Below are positions 30,060 to 32,126 of a stretch of 32,126 bases of DNA, one piece after another; positions within the stretch are counted from its first letter, which is position 1; every line of letters begins with the position of its first letter. The notes under the pieces were generated by a model. That model was not told the origin of the DNA. It did not search any database and saw only the letters and a list, made by a program, of their open reading frames with translations. This DNA is from Candidatus Hydrothermarchaeota archaeon (GTDB lineage Archaea; Hydrothermarchaeota; Hydrothermarchaeia; Hydrothermarchaeales; WAQR01): contig WAQR01000125.1 of the NCBI GenBank assembly GCA_015520145.1, positions 1 to 32,126 of the forward strand, in the 5' to 3' direction. The translations under genes were made by a program, and so were the position numbers.

Positions 30060-31769
30060 TTACTCCATATACCCGCCTTCTTCGGCAGAAGATGCATGTC
30101 TGGTATAAAGTCCTAAAAGCCCGCTCTCATATTTTCTTGGAGGTGGCTTAAAGATAGATAACCGTTCATTTATTATCCCTGATACCTCCTCCTTTGAGAG
30201 TCTCTCTCCACCAGCCCCTATCATATCAAGCCTCTTTTTAGTCAGGTCGATGTGGATAATGTCGTCATCCTCTATCACCGCCAGCACGCCACCTGCCATT
30301 GCCTCAGGCGATATATGACCTATGCACGGCCCGCGGGTTGCACCTGAAAATCTCCCATCGGTTAAAATGGCAACGCTGGTATTGAACCTTTCATCAGACG
30401 ATATCGCTTCAGTAACATAGTACTGCTCTGGCATCCCGTTTGCCTTTGGACCTTCATAACGGATGATTATACACTCCCCACCCCGGATTCTTCCTTCAAA
30501 TATCGCATCTAGCGCATCCTTCTGGGAATCGAATACCCTTGCATGACCTGTGAAGCTGAACATCATTTTATCCACAGCAGAACATTTAACGATACCAGTA
30601 CCTATATTGCCCATTAGAACGACAATTGCACCTGACTCTGCTATCGGGGCATCTGCGGTCTTTATCACGTCTTTGACCGCCAATCCGTAATTTTCCAAAA
30701 ACACCTGCCTCTTTTTGAAAAACCCTGTCCTTTCAAGTTCCTCCAGATTTTCGCCTGTCGTTTTCCCGGTTACGGTCAGACAATCCAGGTTCAGATACTC
30801 TCGAAGCTCCAGCATGACCCTCTGGACACCGCCTGCAAACCACAGACGGGTGGCAGGATGTTCCCCTGACGGGCGCACATTGACAATAAACGGCACCTCG
30901 TCGTTTATCCTCGATACGGTCTTTAGGGAAAACTTCAACCCACACTCCCTCATTATTGCAGGCAGGTGAAGCAGCGCATTGGTAGAGCCGCCTATTGCAG
31001 CATGGACTATCATCGCGTTTTCAAACGCTTCTTTTGTCAGTATCCTGTCTGCGGTCAGTTTTTCATCGATTAGCTCGACAACCCTGCACCCGGCATCCTG
31101 TGCCAGCCTCCGTATCTCGAAACTTGTGGCAGGACACACAGCCGATGTCGGGAGAGCCAGGCCCAGTACCTCTGCCAGACTCTGCATTGTAAGTGCAGTA
31201 CCTAAAAAAGCACAGGTACCGCAGGTCGGGCAGGCATGCTCCCTGAGGAAATTGTACTCCTCCTCACCGATCTCTCTGCGCCTCAGTTTCGAGTATATTG
31301 TCCCGACCTGTTCGAGGGTTATTGTCCACTGGTCCATCACCCCTCCTGGCACGAAAACTGTCGGCATCTTCAGCCTGGCAGCCGCGACCAGATGTGCAGG
31401 TACAGACTTGTCGCACCCGGAAATCAGAACCATACCGTCAAAGTGCCCTGCCATGGCATGGAACTCAACCGCGCCTGCTATTATCTCCCTGCTCAAAAGC
31501 GAATAGTTCATTCCACTGCTCCCCTGGGCGATCCCGTCGCAGATGTCTGTGCAGAAATACTTCAGCGGAGCACCGCCGCTTTCATATATCCCGCGTTTTG
31601 CAGATTTTATCAGTGTGTCAAGGTGTATACTGCCGGGATGGGATTCCCCGTAAACGCTTTCAACCAGTATGCTGGGCTTGGTGAGGTCACGCGTGGAGCG
31701 GCCGCATGCAAGTCTTAGCGGATCGATTTCCGGCCATATTTCACGCATGACCTGACTTTGTAATTCCAT
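30060..31769 (-). CDS. IlvD/Edd-family dehydratase (dihydroxy-acid dehydratase-like, divergent)
   Basis: 569-aa ORF with GCDKSVPAHL, CPTCGTCAFLGTALTM (Fe-S ligand region) and TDGRFSGATRG. It has CDGIAQGSSGMNYSL where canonical IlvD has DGIAMG. Confidence 0.8.
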   Translation of the reverse strand: MELQSQVMREIWPEIDPLRLACGRSTRDLTKPSILVESVYGESHPGSIHLDTLIKSAKRGIYESGGAPLKYFCTDICDGIAQGSSGMNYSLLSREIIAGAVEFHAMAGHFDGMVLISGCDKSVPAHLVAAARLKMPTVFVPGGVMDQWTITLEQVGTIYSKLRRREIGEEEYNFLREHACPTCGTCAFLGTALTMQSLAEVLGLALPTSAVCPATSFEIRRLAQDAGCRVVELIDEKLTADRILTKEAFENAMIVHAAIGGSTNALLHLPAIMRECGLKFSLKTVSRINDEVPFIVNVRPSGEHPATRLWFAGGVQRVMLELREYLNLDCLTVTGKTTGENLEELERTGFFKKRQVFLENYGLAVKDVIKTADAPIAESGAIVVLMGNIGTGIVKCSAVDKMMFSFTGHARVFDSQKDALDAIFEGRIRGGECIIIRYEGPKANGMPEQYYVTEAISSDERFNTSVAILTDGRFSGATRGPCIGHISPEAMAGGVLAVIEDDDIIHIDLTKKRLDMIGAGGERLSKEEVSGIINERLSIFKPPPRKYESGLLGLYTRHASSAEEGGYME

Positions 31770-32126
31770 TATACTTTTTCCTTCATAACCTTCATAAGTT
31801 TGTATTCATAGCTGTCTGCAAGTGCCAGCCAGCTTGCTTCGATAATGTTCTCTGAGACCCCGACAGTACCCCAGGAGGATCTGTCATCACTGGACTGGAT
31901 AAGAACCCTGACCCTGGCGGCAGTACCCTCTTTCTCGTCAAGTACCCTGACCTTATAATCGGTTAAATATGTGTCCTTTATCTCGGGATAAAACTTTTCC
32001 AGCGCCTTTCGAAATGCGTTGTCAAGTGCATTTACCGGACCGTTACCTTCTGCTGCGGTATGCTCCTTTTTACCATCGACAACGACCTTGACCGTGGCTT
32101 CTGAAATCAGTTTGTTTTCCCTGGTA
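31769..32126 (-). CDS. cimA: citramalate synthase/alpha-IPM synthase family, C-terminal regulatory (LeuA-dimer) domain only (gene continues beyond the window end)
   Basis: The reverse strand translates to ...[107 protein letters not shown]. The [11 protein letters not shown]...DYKVR.L...GT.A.VRVLI...W.TVGVS.NIIEASW pattern matches bacterial-type (R)-citramalate synthases. Its stop codon TAA (31769-31771) overlaps the next ATG. Confidence 0.7.
   Translation of the reverse strand, partial: TRENKLISEATVKVVVDGKKEHTAAEGNGPVNALDNAFRKALEKFYPEIKDTYLTDYKVRVLDEKEGTAARVRVLIQSSDDRSSWGTVGVSENIIEASWLALADSYEYKLMKVMKEKV

Noticed and set aside
1-32126. Borg-like or other extrachromosomal element, suggested by the abundance of tandem repeats.
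   Set aside because: Genes are on both strands and the content is core metabolism and information processing (dapB, leuA, trpA, priS, elp3, dph2, tRNA). GC does not look unusually low, and no element-specific or mobile genes are present. A host chromosome is the simpler reading.

Overview
This is a dense archaeal chromosomal segment of about 32 kb. All family calls come from motif recognition by eye; no searches were run. The gene content is euryarchaeal: PriS primase, Elp3, Dph2, deoxyhypusine synthase, AMP phosphorylase, TatC and PAS histidine kinases. It resembles a Methanosarcinales-type methanogen or methanotroph, but the organism cannot be confirmed from the sequence alone.

I support 33 protein-coding regions (two truncated at the window edges, one a very tentative small ORF) and one tRNA-Gly(UCC). 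Most are housekeeping genes: dapB, leuA/cimA-type synthases, an IlvD/Edd dehydratase, trpA, larC, pepQ-like, nnr, a PfkB kinase, a HAD hydrolase, a glutaredoxin and an MFS transporter. I see no transposase, integrase, CRISPR array, rRNA or recognisable defence gene.

The least ordinary stretch is about 10.9-16.2 kb. It holds an HPr-kinase/PEPCK-like P-loop protein of unknown role and a possible 40-aa Cys-rich ORF. It also has two single-domain KaiC-like ATPases flanking a stand-alone trpA; the second has a degenerate Walker A and lies in a visibly AT-richer module with a convergent Lrp/AsnC-like regulator.

The strongest sequence-level signal is window-wide. Most intergenic spacers I examined carry short head-to-tail tandem duplications (6-31 bp units, 2-6 copies, many perfect), often abutting TATA-like boxes, SD-like sequences or stop codons. 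One gene also carries an in-frame 21-nt repeat of about 8.5 copies, giving a KQDxMLE heptad array fused to an acylphosphatase-like domain.

Other items worth a second look:
- a GC-rich, stop-free block in the elp3/pfkB divergent spacer
- a strong hairpin and a 21-bp palindrome in the MFS/HAD spacer
- a Cys/His-rich insert in the sensor PAS domain of a histidine kinase
- a uORF with a strong SD overlapping the leuA start
- an Edd-like IlvD-family dehydratase translationally coupled to a citramalate-synthase-like gene
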